Source of the DNA: an uncultured virus (IMG/VR IMGVR_UViG_3300034019_000699)
Taxonomy: Duplodnaviria > Heunggongvirae > Uroviricota > Caudoviricetes
DNA: 64,000 nucleotides
Virus record (IMG/VR): IMGVR_UViG_3300034019_000699
Strand: one strand, 5' to 3'
A program made the translations under genes and the position numbers. Each line of letters starts with the position of its first letter. Positions within the stretch are counted from its first letter, which is position 1. The notes beneath the pieces are model-generated. The model saw only the letters and a list, made by a program, of their open reading frames with translations, ran no database searches and was not told the DNA's origin. Of this stretch, positions 43,817 through 53,007 are shown in pieces.

Positions 43817-45859
43817 GTGGCAGAAGAGAATATTGACAACACCGTTAGTGGTAGCGGACTCTTCAATACCAAAATCCCTGGACTTTCAGACGCAGCCGAT
43901 ATTCAGGCAGCCCTAAGACTTTATCACTATGGATCTTATACTTATGATGGCGCCAACACAGATACTGGGCTTCTTTTAAATCCATCAATTGCAAAACACC
44001 TTCAAAACCTTGTAGATGCAGATACAGCCACTAATACATCACTAACAAACCACATATCAAATACCGAAAATGTCCACGGTATTGAGGATACAGCAGATTT
44101 AGCAACACAATCATTTGTCAATACAGCAATTACTAATGCTATAAGTGGTGCTACTGGAGGATACCCAGCCCTAGCAGGAGACGGTATTGATTGGAATTCT
44201 GTTGATTTACGATTTGATCTTGAACCACAACTATTAAATAATAATACTGTAATAACTAAGTCATCTGGATTTACTTTAGATCCCGTCGATGTTAATAAAA
44301 CTATTTTGCTTTCTACATCATCTCCAATGAATTTAACTATCCCACTAAACTCTTCTGTTAATATTCCTGTTGGATATAAGTACACTTTAGTTGAAATAGG
44401 ATCTGGTAAAACAACTTTTGTTCCAGCATCAGGTGTAACAATTAACAGCAAAAACTCACAACTATTTATTGATACACAGTATGGTCAGGCAACATTGGTA
44501 AAGGTTGATACAAATAGTTGGGTTGCTTATGGAGATATTTATGAAGGTGCTTCAAGCCCAACACCTGTAGCACCTACACCAGTTGCTCCTACTCCTGTAG
44601 CCCCTACTCCTACGCCTACTCCTGTAGCGCCTACTCCTGTAGCACCTACACCAGTTGCTCCTACTCCTGTAGCACCTACACCAGTTGCTCCTACTCCTGT
44701 AGCACCTACACCAGTAGCGCCTACTCCAGTAGCGCCTACTCCAGTAGCGCCTACTCCAGTAGCGCCTACTCCAGTAGCGCCTACTCCAGTAGCACCTACT
44801 CCAGTTGCTCCTACTCCTGTAGCACCTACACCAGTAGCGCCTACTCCAGTAGCACCTAATAATTTTGCTTATGCAACATTCTGTACTGATTCAGGACCAG
44901 ACCAAGCAGGAGAAGGTCTCAACTTTACAGATTGTGGAAGTTTAGAAGCCTTTATTAATGGAAACTTTGTTGGTGTAAATAGTCTTGTATGTCAGATAGG
45001 TTCTTACCCAGCACTTCCTACAAATTGCGGGGAAACTTCAGGAATTTGGTATACATTCTGTGGTAACGTATCAGCAGGATATAATCCAGGAACTGTTATC
45101 GGACCAATATTTGATTCATCACAAACATGTTCTCAAGCACTAGCAGAACAAACATCATATGGAGAAATTGGGTCAGGCTGGAACTGTGCAACTGGAACTT
45201 CTGGATCTTCTTCTGTACCAGCAGCAAATTGTGGAGCCACTCCTACTCCTGTAGCGCCTACACCAGTTGCTCCAACACCAGTAGCACCTACTCCAGTAGC
45301 ACCAACACCAGTTGCTCCAACACCAGTTGCTCCAACACCAGTTGCACCTACTCCTGTAGCGCCTACTCCAGTAGCACCAAGTTGTGTTCCAGCCGATGCA
45401 TGGTCATACAACCAGTCTAAGTGTCAGTCATGCGGATATTACTTCAGCACAGAATTTGGAGAGTGCTCAACAACTCCTTGGAACACGCCAACACCAGTTG
45501 CTCCAACACCAGTTGCTCCAACACCAGTTGCTCCAACACCAGTTGCACCTACTCCTGTAGCGCCTACTCCTGTAGCACCTACTCCTGTAGCGCCTACTCC
45601 TGTAGCACCTACACCAGTTGCTCCAACACCAGTAGCACCTACTCCAGTAGCACCTACACCTGTAGCCCCTACGCCAGTAGCACCTACACCAGTTGCTCCA
45701 ACACCAGTAGCACCTACACCTGTAGCAGCAACAGGAGTTCAGTGCACAGCCTTTGACATAAGTATTGGTGCATGCACTGGTGGAGGTTGCGATAATAGTG
45801 GCTGTGCTTCAGGTGGATCATGTAGTAATCCACAAAATTTTGCGGGATCAGGATGCTAA
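43817..45859 (+). CDS. tail fibre-like protein with (PTPVA)n blocks and Cys-rich domains
   Basis: N-terminal half shares VHGI.DTA and LTIPLNSS..PVG modules with 55101-56651; three PTPVA blocks, about 45 units. Confidence 0.8.
   Translation: MAEENIDNTVSGSGLFNTKIPGLSDAADIQAALRLYHYGSYTYDGANTDTGLLLNPSIAKHLQNLVDADTATNTSLTNHISNTENVHGIEDTADLATQSFVNTAITNAISGATGGYPALAGDGIDWNSVDLRFDLEPQLLNNNTVITKSSGFTLDPVDVNKTILLSTSSPMNLTIPLNSSVNIPVGYKYTLVEIGSGKTTFVPASGVTINSKNSQLFIDTQYGQATLVKVDTNSWVAYGDIYEGASSPTPVAPTPVAPTPVAPTPTPTPVAPTPVAPTPVAPTPVAPTPVAPTPVAPTPVAPTPVAPTPVAPTPVAPTPVAPTPVAPTPVAPTPVAPTPVAPTPVAPNNFAYATFCTDSGPDQAGEGLNFTDCGSLEAFINGNFVGVNSLVCQIGSYPALPTNCGETSGIWYTFCGNVSAGYNPGTVIGPIFDSSQTCSQALAEQTSYGEIGSGWNCATGTSGSSSVPAANCGATPTPVAPTPVAPTPVAPTPVAPTPVAPTPVAPTPVAPTPVAPTPVAPSCVPADAWSYNQSKCQSCGYYFSTEFGECSTTPWNTPTPVAPTPVAPTPVAPTPVAPTPVAPTPVAPTPVAPTPVAPTPVAPTPVAPTPVAPTPVAPTPVAPTPVAPTPVAPTPVAATGVQCTAFDISIGACTGGGCDNSGCASGGSCSNPQNFAGSGC
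44558..45727 (+). repeat. 15-bp coding tandem repeats (PTPVA)
   Basis: CCTACwCCwGTwGCn units at about 44558-44857, 45238-45380 and 45488-45727. Confidence 0.9.
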
Positions 45860-45877
45860 TAAAATGAAGGAGACAAT

Positions 45878-46288
45878 ATGTTAACAGACTCAAGTATTCT
45901 ATATTCTAGTTACGAAAATGGACCAGGAGGAGTTCCTTTAGTCTGGGTTATAGATGGTCAGTGTGTATATGATATTCCCACCTCAAATGAGCATGCAGAA
46001 ATGTTTGTGTTGAGTGATGAAGTTTTGGATATTTCTGAAGATTATCCAGACCATGAAGGCATTACCGTTAGATTTGTTAAAGATGGAGAAACGGTTAATG
46101 AACTTCAAACATCTGAGTATTTTGGAAGCATACTTCTTAGCAACCCACAGGTCTTAAGTCTTTTTGACTACCCTTATGGAAGATACGTAGTATCTCCAAA
46201 TGCTACATTTGATGGAGAAAAATTTATTATTTTGGGCAGAGATACTTCGTTGCTTATGCCGTGGCATCCAAGTCAAAATAAAGACTAA
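45878..46288 (+). CDS. hypothetical protein directly after the PTPVA fibre
   Basis: AAGGAG SD. Confidence 0.7.
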   Translation: MLTDSSILYSSYENGPGGVPLVWVIDGQCVYDIPTSNEHAEMFVLSDEVLDISEDYPDHEGITVRFVKDGETVNELQTSEYFGSILLSNPQVLSLFDYPYGRYVVSPNATFDGEKFIILGRDTSLLMPWHPSQNKD

Positions 46289-46334
46289 TAACTTTTAGTG
46301 TATAATAGTTTTATAACGACTAAAGGGGACAATA

Positions 46335-46565
46335 ATGTCAAAATCAAAATGGCAAGAATATAAAGAAAAAAATGGAGTTACTCCATTAGACATACTTAAT
46401 CCAAACACAAAACATGCCTCTGAAGATTTGGCAACCACAAGACTATCTATTTGTAAAGTATGTCCAGAATTAATTAAATTAACCACACAATGCAAAAAGT
46501 GTGGCTGCTTTATGGCTGCAAAAACAAAATTAGAAGCGGCAAAGTGTCCAATTGGAAAATGGTAA
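46335..46565 (+). CDS. small Cys-rich protein (DUF6171-like)
   Basis: RLSICKVCP...QCKKCGCFM..KT....A.CP.GKW. Confidence 0.7.
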   Translation: MSKSKWQEYKEKNGVTPLDILNPNTKHASEDLATTRLSICKVCPELIKLTTQCKKCGCFMAAKTKLEAAKCPIGKW

Positions 46566-46566
46566 A

Positions 46567-47169
46567 ATGGAAAAAAACGAATTATGCCCTGGAATTTTTG
46601 TTTATAGTAATGTTATAGAAAATTTTATTTTTGATTCTTTGATTGAAGATATTGAAGAAGGGATGAAATATCTCAATATACAGTGGCAACAGTCTCAGGT
46701 AGAACACAAAGAAGGCGTAACAGTTGACACTAATTCAAGAGATACACAAATTATTGGTGTAGAATATCGAGATCATATTGTTGAAAATTTTTCAACACCA
46801 CACGAAGCGTTTTACTTAAATCTTTCAAATATATTTTTTAAAGCGTTTAATCCAAGAGAACATGATTACAAGTCTATGTTTGGCTGCCAGACTACTTGGC
46901 ACGATCAGTACGGAATTTTAAAATACGGTGTTGGTCAAAAATTTACTAATCATATAGATGATCACATAAATCATCATAGAAGAATTTCTACAACGTTTTA
47001 TTTAAATGAAAATTATGAAGGTGGAGAAATTATTTTCCCTAGGTTTAATGTAAAATATAAACCGAAAAAAAATGAATTATTAGTTTTTCCTTCTACGTTT
47101 GTTTATAATCATTCAGTATCTCCAGTTCTTGAAGGAGAAAGATACGCAGTTGTTAGTTGGATGCGATGA
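46567..47169 (+). CDS. 2OG-Fe(II) oxygenase (prolyl-4-hydroxylase-like)
   Basis: LKYGVGQKFTNHID...YLNENYEGGEI...HSVSPV..GERY. Confidence 0.88.
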   Translation: MEKNELCPGIFVYSNVIENFIFDSLIEDIEEGMKYLNIQWQQSQVEHKEGVTVDTNSRDTQIIGVEYRDHIVENFSTPHEAFYLNLSNIFFKAFNPREHDYKSMFGCQTTWHDQYGILKYGVGQKFTNHIDDHINHHRRISTTFYLNENYEGGEIIFPRFNVKYKPKKNELLVFPSTFVYNHSVSPVLEGERYAVVSWMR

Positions 47170-47738
47170 AAGAGCCACAACTAGTTGATAAGATTTTAAG
47201 CAAAGAAGATTATGACAGGCTAAAGGATGCTTTGGTAAATCCTAAGAGTTTTGGGTTTGATCCTGGCTTTAGTAGATATTGTATTGGGGATGGTGGACTT
47301 CCGATTCTAAAAGAATTAGCAGACAAACTGGTTCCTATTGCAAGAGAAGCCTTTGATAGCGAAAGATTATTACCTACATATACATTATTTGCTCATTATG
47401 AGGGGCAAAATCCAGAACCAAGTTTGTACAAACACAAAGACGACAACGCATGCACCTACACTCTTGATATGTGTGTTTATCAGGTAGAGCCATGGGATAT
47501 TTACGTTGATGACAAGGCCTATACTCTTTATCCAAATCAAGCCTTGGCATACTATGGAAACGATCAGTTCCATTGGAGAGAAAAGTTTCCAAATCCCGAA
47601 ACAAATCATGTTGCAATGATTTTCTTTCATTTTGCAGAACCAGATCACTGGTGGTTTGTCAAGGGTCCAGAATATTTGCAGGTAGTAAGAAAACAAATTA
47701 CAGAAGAACAATGGAGACTCCAGTATGAAAACAAATAA
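47166..47738 (+). CDS. 2OG-Fe(II) oxygenase-like protein
   Basis: LYKHKD..AC...HWRE...IFFHF. Confidence 0.7.
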   Translation: MKEPQLVDKILSKEDYDRLKDALVNPKSFGFDPGFSRYCIGDGGLPILKELADKLVPIAREAFDSERLLPTYTLFAHYEGQNPEPSLYKHKDDNACTYTLDMCVYQVEPWDIYVDDKAYTLYPNQALAYYGNDQFHWREKFPNPETNHVAMIFFHFAEPDHWWFVKGPEYLQVVRKQITEEQWRLQYENK

Positions 47739-48762
47739 GATATTTTTTCAACACTGGAATCCTTGCGGGTTAATAAATCAAGTAATGAGTCTAGAGTTAG
47801 CAATAGGTATTTCACATGAAACAAATGCAACTGTTGTAGTTCATAATGCAAGCAACAAGGGTGATCATTTATTTGATTTTAGGACTGTTCCAATTCACAC
47901 TCCTTCAAGATTTCATAACATTCAAAGAAAAGGATTTACAAATCCAGACCAGTTTCCACATCTATTAGATTTATTAGACTTTGATTCAAATTTAATTGTA
48001 ATTGATCAAAAAATAGACAACTTTAAGCAAGAAGAATTAATAGTAGACGATATGTTAAATAACTACTACTACAGTAATAGCCCAGAAATAACAGAAGATG
48101 AACTGGCATTCGCTGAAGGTAGACAAAGATTGCCACTAGATAGACCAATACATCTAAAAGGAACATTAGGATGGTACTCAAGATTCTTCTATAACAGAAG
48201 CCCTGAACTAGACAAGGCATTATCTTTAGTTAGGTTTAAGAAAGAGTACACAGACTTGGCCAAAAAGATATCTAATTCTTTAGGCAGATTTCAAGGTATG
48301 CATTTAAGACTAACTGACCATGTGCACATGTTTGAAACTACTCAAGAAATGTTTGAGTCTTGGATTAATAACTTTGAGAAAAATAACTTGCCAATAGTTT
48401 TGTCAACAGATGAACCAGGGCATAAAATGGTTGAAGATAATAAGCATAGATTTATGCTATTAGATGAATACATTGTTAATAACTTTGCAGAAGACTTCAA
48501 ATCCTTACAATTTCAGGATGAAGTAGTTTTTGGTTTAATCTGTAATCTAGTTATGCATGATTCAGAAACTTTTGTTGGTACATCAGGAAGCACCTATACT
48601 GCATATATCCATAGAAATAGAAATCAAACTGGTATTGAAACTTGGAATTTCTTTGATAATCCAGAAACAACAGAAGGTCACCCATATTCTTGGAATGGTT
48701 ATCCACTAAACCCTGGCAGAAAAATGTGGTGGAGAGAATGGAAGGAGTCTAGATTAACATGA
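47725..48762 (+). CDS. O-fucosyltransferase-like glycosyltransferase (GT-B)
   Basis: GLINQ, GMHLRLTD, LSTD and FVGTSGSTYT motifs. Confidence 0.72.
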   Translation: MKTNKIFFQHWNPCGLINQVMSLELAIGISHETNATVVVHNASNKGDHLFDFRTVPIHTPSRFHNIQRKGFTNPDQFPHLLDLLDFDSNLIVIDQKIDNFKQEELIVDDMLNNYYYSNSPEITEDELAFAEGRQRLPLDRPIHLKGTLGWYSRFFYNRSPELDKALSLVRFKKEYTDLAKKISNSLGRFQGMHLRLTDHVHMFETTQEMFESWINNFEKNNLPIVLSTDEPGHKMVEDNKHRFMLLDEYIVNNFAEDFKSLQFQDEVVFGLICNLVMHDSETFVGTSGSTYTAYIHRNRNQTGIETWNFFDNPETTEGHPYSWNGYPLNPGRKMWWREWKESRLT

Positions 48763-49781
48763 AAACAGCATTAGTGCTTGGAGCAGGGGGCTTCATTGGA
48801 AGTCATATGGTAAAGCGTTTAAAGTCTGAAGGATATTGGGTTAGAGGTGTTGACTTAAAGAATCCAGATTTTTCAGATACTTATGCTGACGAGTTTATAG
48901 AAAGAGATCTATCTCTATATGATAATATGGAAAAAGTGATTCAGTTTAAAGGATATTCTGGTAACTTTTATAATGAAATTCCTTATAAGTTAATAGCATC
49001 CTTTGATGAAATATATCAGTTTGCAGCAGATATGGGCGGAGCAGGATATATTTTTACTGGAAATAATGATTCTCAAATTATGGAAAACTCTGCACTTATA
49101 AACCTTAATCTTTTAAGAGCACAATCAAGATTTAATGAAAAATATGCAATTAATAAAACCAAGATATTTTATTCAAGTTCTGCCTGCATGTATCCTGACT
49201 ACAAACAGTTAGATGTTAATAATCCTGGACTTAAAGAGTCTGATGCATACCCTGCAGATCCTGACAGCGAGTATGGCTGGGAGAAACTATTTAGTGAGAG
49301 AATGTTCTTAGCATTTAATAGAAACAACAAGATCCCTGTAGCCATTGCCAGATATCATAATATTTATGGACCAGAAGGAACTTGGGATGGTGGAAAAGAA
49401 AAAGCACCAGCAGCAATATGTAGAAAAGTTATTCAGTCAGATGGATTTATAGAAATTTGGGGGGATGGAGAACAAACCCGTTCATTCCTATATATAGATG
49501 AATGCATAGAGGCAACAAGAAGACTGATGGAATCAGATTTTACTGGGCCTGTTAATATTGGTTCTGAGGAAATGGTTACCATTAATCAACTTGTAGATAT
49601 TGCTTGTAGTATTGAAGGAAAAACTTTAAGCAAGATGCATATCCCAGGTCCTTTGGGTGTTAGAGGAAGAAACTCCAATAATGACTTAGTTAGAGATAAG
49701 TTAGATTGGGACTATTCCATGTCTCTTAAAGATGGAATAGAAAAAACTTATAACTGGATCAAGGATCAAATAAATGGATAA
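48759..49781 (+). CDS. NAD-dependent epimerase, GDP-mannose 3,5-epimerase-like
   Basis: GAGGFIG; FAADMGGAGYI; YSSSACMYP; YGWEK; EKAPAAICRK; GVRGRNS. Confidence 0.88.
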   Translation: MKTALVLGAGGFIGSHMVKRLKSEGYWVRGVDLKNPDFSDTYADEFIERDLSLYDNMEKVIQFKGYSGNFYNEIPYKLIASFDEIYQFAADMGGAGYIFTGNNDSQIMENSALINLNLLRAQSRFNEKYAINKTKIFYSSSACMYPDYKQLDVNNPGLKESDAYPADPDSEYGWEKLFSERMFLAFNRNNKIPVAIARYHNIYGPEGTWDGGKEKAPAAICRKVIQSDGFIEIWGDGEQTRSFLYIDECIEATRRLMESDFTGPVNIGSEEMVTINQLVDIACSIEGKTLSKMHIPGPLGVRGRNSNNDLVRDKLDWDYSMSLKDGIEKTYNWIKDQING

Positions 49782-50601
49782 GCAAGAAGTTGTAAAAGAA
49801 GTTTTTCTTCAAGATGGTATTGGAGCACAATTATGGAGAAAACTATACTTAATGTCCTATGCAAAATATTATAATTTGTTATTTGAAGATACACCAATTA
49901 CAGATTTCTTAATTCATGAGTCTGACAAAGTACACAGTGAAGAAGAAAAAATTGAATTTATAAATAAATTTAATACTATAATAAAAAATCCATGGGAAGG
50001 TATAGATTTTTCTAATCAAGACAATTTTGTTCTTTCCGAAAAGGTTGGACTGGGATACGAAAAACTACATCTAAATGCAGGAGTAGCCCCAGGACCCTGG
50101 CCATTTTTAGAAGTTGCCAAAGAATTTAGCACAATAGAACAAACTGAAAACAATGTAGTTATTCACATACGAAGAGGCAATGTGATTCCAGAAAATCCAA
50201 GGTGGGTAGATGAGTCTGTCTATATAGAAATGCTAAAACAATTACCAAACTTTCTAAAGAAAATAAACTTTGTTCCAGACAGAGTAATAATTTTAACAGA
50301 TGCTCCAGATTCAAACAAAAAGTTTAAGCCTATAAATCAAAATCAATTAGATAAGTGGAGACAGCCTTATTTGCACAAAGACGAAAACAATTCTTTTGAC
50401 ACAATTTCCTTAAACTTTGAATTACTTAAAGATGCTTATCTAGGTATTGAAATTTTAAATAGTTTAGATACTTACACAGCATTTACTATGATGGTGATGG
50501 CAAAAGTCTTAATAACTGGAAGATCTGCATTTAGTCAATCTGCTGGTCTGCTATCAAAAAATACTGTTTTGTCAGTTGACAACTATAGAAGTTTCTTTTA
50601 A
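49774..50601 (+). CDS. GT11-like (alpha-1,2-fucosyltransferase-like) glycosyltransferase
   Basis: DGIGAQL; IHIRRGN; ILTD; SAFS..A. Confidence 0.65.
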   Translation: MDKQEVVKEVFLQDGIGAQLWRKLYLMSYAKYYNLLFEDTPITDFLIHESDKVHSEEEKIEFINKFNTIIKNPWEGIDFSNQDNFVLSEKVGLGYEKLHLNAGVAPGPWPFLEVAKEFSTIEQTENNVVIHIRRGNVIPENPRWVDESVYIEMLKQLPNFLKKINFVPDRVIILTDAPDSNKKFKPINQNQLDKWRQPYLHKDENNSFDTISLNFELLKDAYLGIEILNSLDTYTAFTMMVMAKVLITGRSAFSQSAGLLSKNTVLSVDNYRSFF

Positions 50602-50657
50602 AGTGTGCAATAAAACACCCCCAGGGATTTCTCCAAGGGGGCATTTTTTTTTATATA

Positions 50658-51221
50658 TTACTTAGGAAATTTAGCCATCCACTCTTTGGTCCTTGGGGTA
50701 ATACCCTTCCATGAAGACCAGTCTTCTCCGCCCCTAGACATGTAGTATGCAATCTCAGCATTTTTGACGGGATTGAACAATTCAGCATTAGAGTCCAAAT
50801 CAAACTTATCCCTGCGGTCTGGGCCCAGTCTATCAATCATATTAATTTGGAACATTCCATAAGAGGAGTCCCCAGTCTTATGGTTGCCATTAAACGCCAA
50901 AGGCCTACCATTAGATTCTTTCTTGGCAATGGCCCAAGCCACTACAAGATCTTGCCCCTTAAACCCTATAAGGGAAAGGAGTTGCTTTAGTTCAATGTCG
51001 GTCAGAGATGTCTTATTCTCAAAACTCTCTAGCCTTTTTGCCTTAGAAACCAAAAAAACCTCTTTCGAGGCGTTTCCTTGCTCTTGAGCCTGTTCTATGC
51101 TCAAACTATTTTTGTCACCTATTCGTGTTTCAGCATTAGCAGCGTTTGACAAAGTCGCTACTAAAGTCAGTATGCTGAGTATGCTAATGATCTCTTTGTT
51201 TCTTTCGATAAATTTAATCAT
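50658..51221 (-). CDS. secreted lysozyme-like/lytic transglycosylase
   Basis: Signal/TM; AIAKKESNG...SYGMFQIN...NAEIA...WSSW; AAGGAGG SD before ATG 51221. Confidence 0.85.
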   Translation of the reverse strand: MIKFIERNKEIISILSILTLVATLSNAANAETRIGDKNSLSIEQAQEQGNASKEVFLVSKAKRLESFENKTSLTDIELKQLLSLIGFKGQDLVVAWAIAKKESNGRPLAFNGNHKTGDSSYGMFQINMIDRLGPDRRDKFDLDSNAELFNPVKNAEIAYYMSRGGEDWSSWKGITPRTKEWMAKFPK

Positions 51222-51324
51222 AGTTTCCTCCTTAGAAAACAATAACACCTTGGTAGGTGTTACTACCAAGTATAACATGAAATTTATTGAAAAGTCAAGT
51301 TTATAGGGTGGTATAATAAAGATT

Positions 51325-51870
51325 ATGCCACAAGCGTCATCTAACTATCCTACTATGCAATATCCTATTGCTTCAGATCCCGTGAATGTACACGGAGATT
51401 TTAAAGTATTAGTTGATGCTTTAAATAATATTCTTCCTCCCCTGGGATACGGCGCAGCATATCTTGATGTTAGAAATACTACAGGCACAGCAATTTCTCA
51501 GGGCATTCCAGTATTTATTAGTGGTAGTCTTTCTGGAAAATCATTAATTCAAAAATATGATCCATCAAGTGTATCTCATAATCCAGATGTTCCAATTTTA
51601 GGTTTAGTAAAAAATGATATTCCAAATAATTCTAATGGTTTGGTTATTGTCTCTGGAGTTATTCAAATGAATACAACAGGTTTGGGTTCTGCTGGAACAA
51701 AAATTTATGTAGACAATACTGGAACCCTTGTTGCGGGTCGTCCATCAACTGGTCCAGCAAGATATATAGCAGTTGTTGCTATTCAGGCAACGCTTGCTGA
51801 AGGTGGAATGCTAATTGTTCAAACAAAGGGTAACGGTACATGGGGAGCCCTTAAAGACGGGTTGTCGTGA
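51325..51870 (+). CDS. virion structural protein
   Basis: Leaderless; VRNTTG.AI..G.PVFISG module. Confidence 0.6.
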   Translation: MPQASSNYPTMQYPIASDPVNVHGDFKVLVDALNNILPPLGYGAAYLDVRNTTGTAISQGIPVFISGSLSGKSLIQKYDPSSVSHNPDVPILGLVKNDIPNNSNGLVIVSGVIQMNTTGLGSAGTKIYVDNTGTLVAGRPSTGPARYIAVVAIQATLAEGGMLIVQTKGNGTWGALKDGLS

Positions 51871-51882
51871 TATAATAACATT

Positions 51883-52266
51883 ATGGCTACCTTTAGAAAC
51901 CAACCCACAGACTCTTATGCATTAGGTGCAGCACCTCCAGAAATTCGTTGGACTGTTGTTCGTGGAGATTCTGCAGCATTTCGTGTTTATGTAACTAACG
52001 ATGCAAGAGAGCCACTGCTTCTTGATGACTGGGAAGTTGATATGGACATTCGTCGTAATGGAGCACTTATTGTTTCTTTATCTCCTCAGCCAATTGAGTT
52101 TCAAGATACAGAGGGGAGTTTCACGGTAAACATTACATCTTCTCAATCAGAACTTCTTGAGACGGGAGACATCTTTGACATCCAACTTACAGAACTTTTA
52201 TCAGAGGGCAGAGTTTGGACGGTAGCCAAAGGGTCAATGGTTATCATTGAAGATGTAACAAATTAA
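51883..52266 (+). CDS. virion/tail-associated protein
   Basis: WTVVRGDS...FDIQL...WTVAKG. Confidence 0.65.
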   Translation: MATFRNQPTDSYALGAAPPEIRWTVVRGDSAAFRVYVTNDAREPLLLDDWEVDMDIRRNGALIVSLSPQPIEFQDTEGSFTVNITSSQSELLETGDIFDIQLTELLSEGRVWTVAKGSMVIIEDVTN

Positions 52267-52511
52267 TGACAACAAACCTAACCCCACTATCACAAGAGTT
52301 TTACAGAACAACACATAGGCTTGCTCACACACAAATCAAAGACCTTGATGTCAAAAGAATAAGGATAGATCACTTCCAGCCAAAGGCTAGAGTTGAAGAG
52401 GTTTTGCCATTTAGAGTTCAGTTTATTAACGTAAGTGTGTTTGGATATTCTAAAACTAATCCCCCGCCAATTCCGCTACAGGTAATTGGCTATAGCAACT
52501 ATATTCTTTAA
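52266..52511 (+). CDS. hypothetical protein
   Basis: Coupled start; PPPIPLQVIG. Confidence 0.6.
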   Translation: MTTNLTPLSQEFYRTTHRLAHTQIKDLDVKRIRIDHFQPKARVEEVLPFRVQFINVSVFGYSKTNPPPIPLQVIGYSNYIL

Positions 52512-52544
52512 TAGTATTATTAAAAGGGGTGTTATAATTACCAC

Positions 52545-52991
52545 ATGGCGAAAATATCAATTTCAAACGTAAAGTCTCTCTTTGAAACAGGAGATAGGCC
52601 TACTCAAGAAAATTATGAAGATTTAATTGATACCGCAACTGCCCAAGCAACAGATTTGGGTTCTTATGGTAACAATGAAAATACAATCACTGGTATTGAG
52701 AACGTAACTGTAATTGATAACTTTGATGCTACAGTTTGGCGTATGGTTAAGTATATTATTTCAATATCCAAGACCACAGCAGGGGACAACAAGTTCTATG
52801 CAACCGAACTAACAATTCTCGTTGACGGTGCAAATGTATCAGTCAGCGAATACGGAACAATAGACAATGATGGGAATATTGGCACCATAAGCGTCTCTCG
52901 CACTGGAAATACCGTGGCTATTACAGTCACTCCAGATCCTGCGATCAAGCCAGTCACTGCACGGTTCGCCCGTATAGGACTTAAGGCATAA
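52545..52991 (+). CDS. tail-associated protein
   Basis: FETGDRPTQENYEDLID; C-terminal module related to the end of 53008-54561. Confidence 0.65.
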   Translation: MAKISISNVKSLFETGDRPTQENYEDLIDTATAQATDLGSYGNNENTITGIENVTVIDNFDATVWRMVKYIISISKTTAGDNKFYATELTILVDGANVSVSEYGTIDNDGNIGTISVSRTGNTVAITVTPDPAIKPVTARFARIGLKA

Positions 52992-53007
52992 CTAAGGAGA
53001 TAATAAA

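Noticed and set aside
44558..45727. Tandem repeats as a CRISPR array
   Set aside because: 15-bp units without spacers, in frame, with variation limited to synonymous positions of PTPVA.
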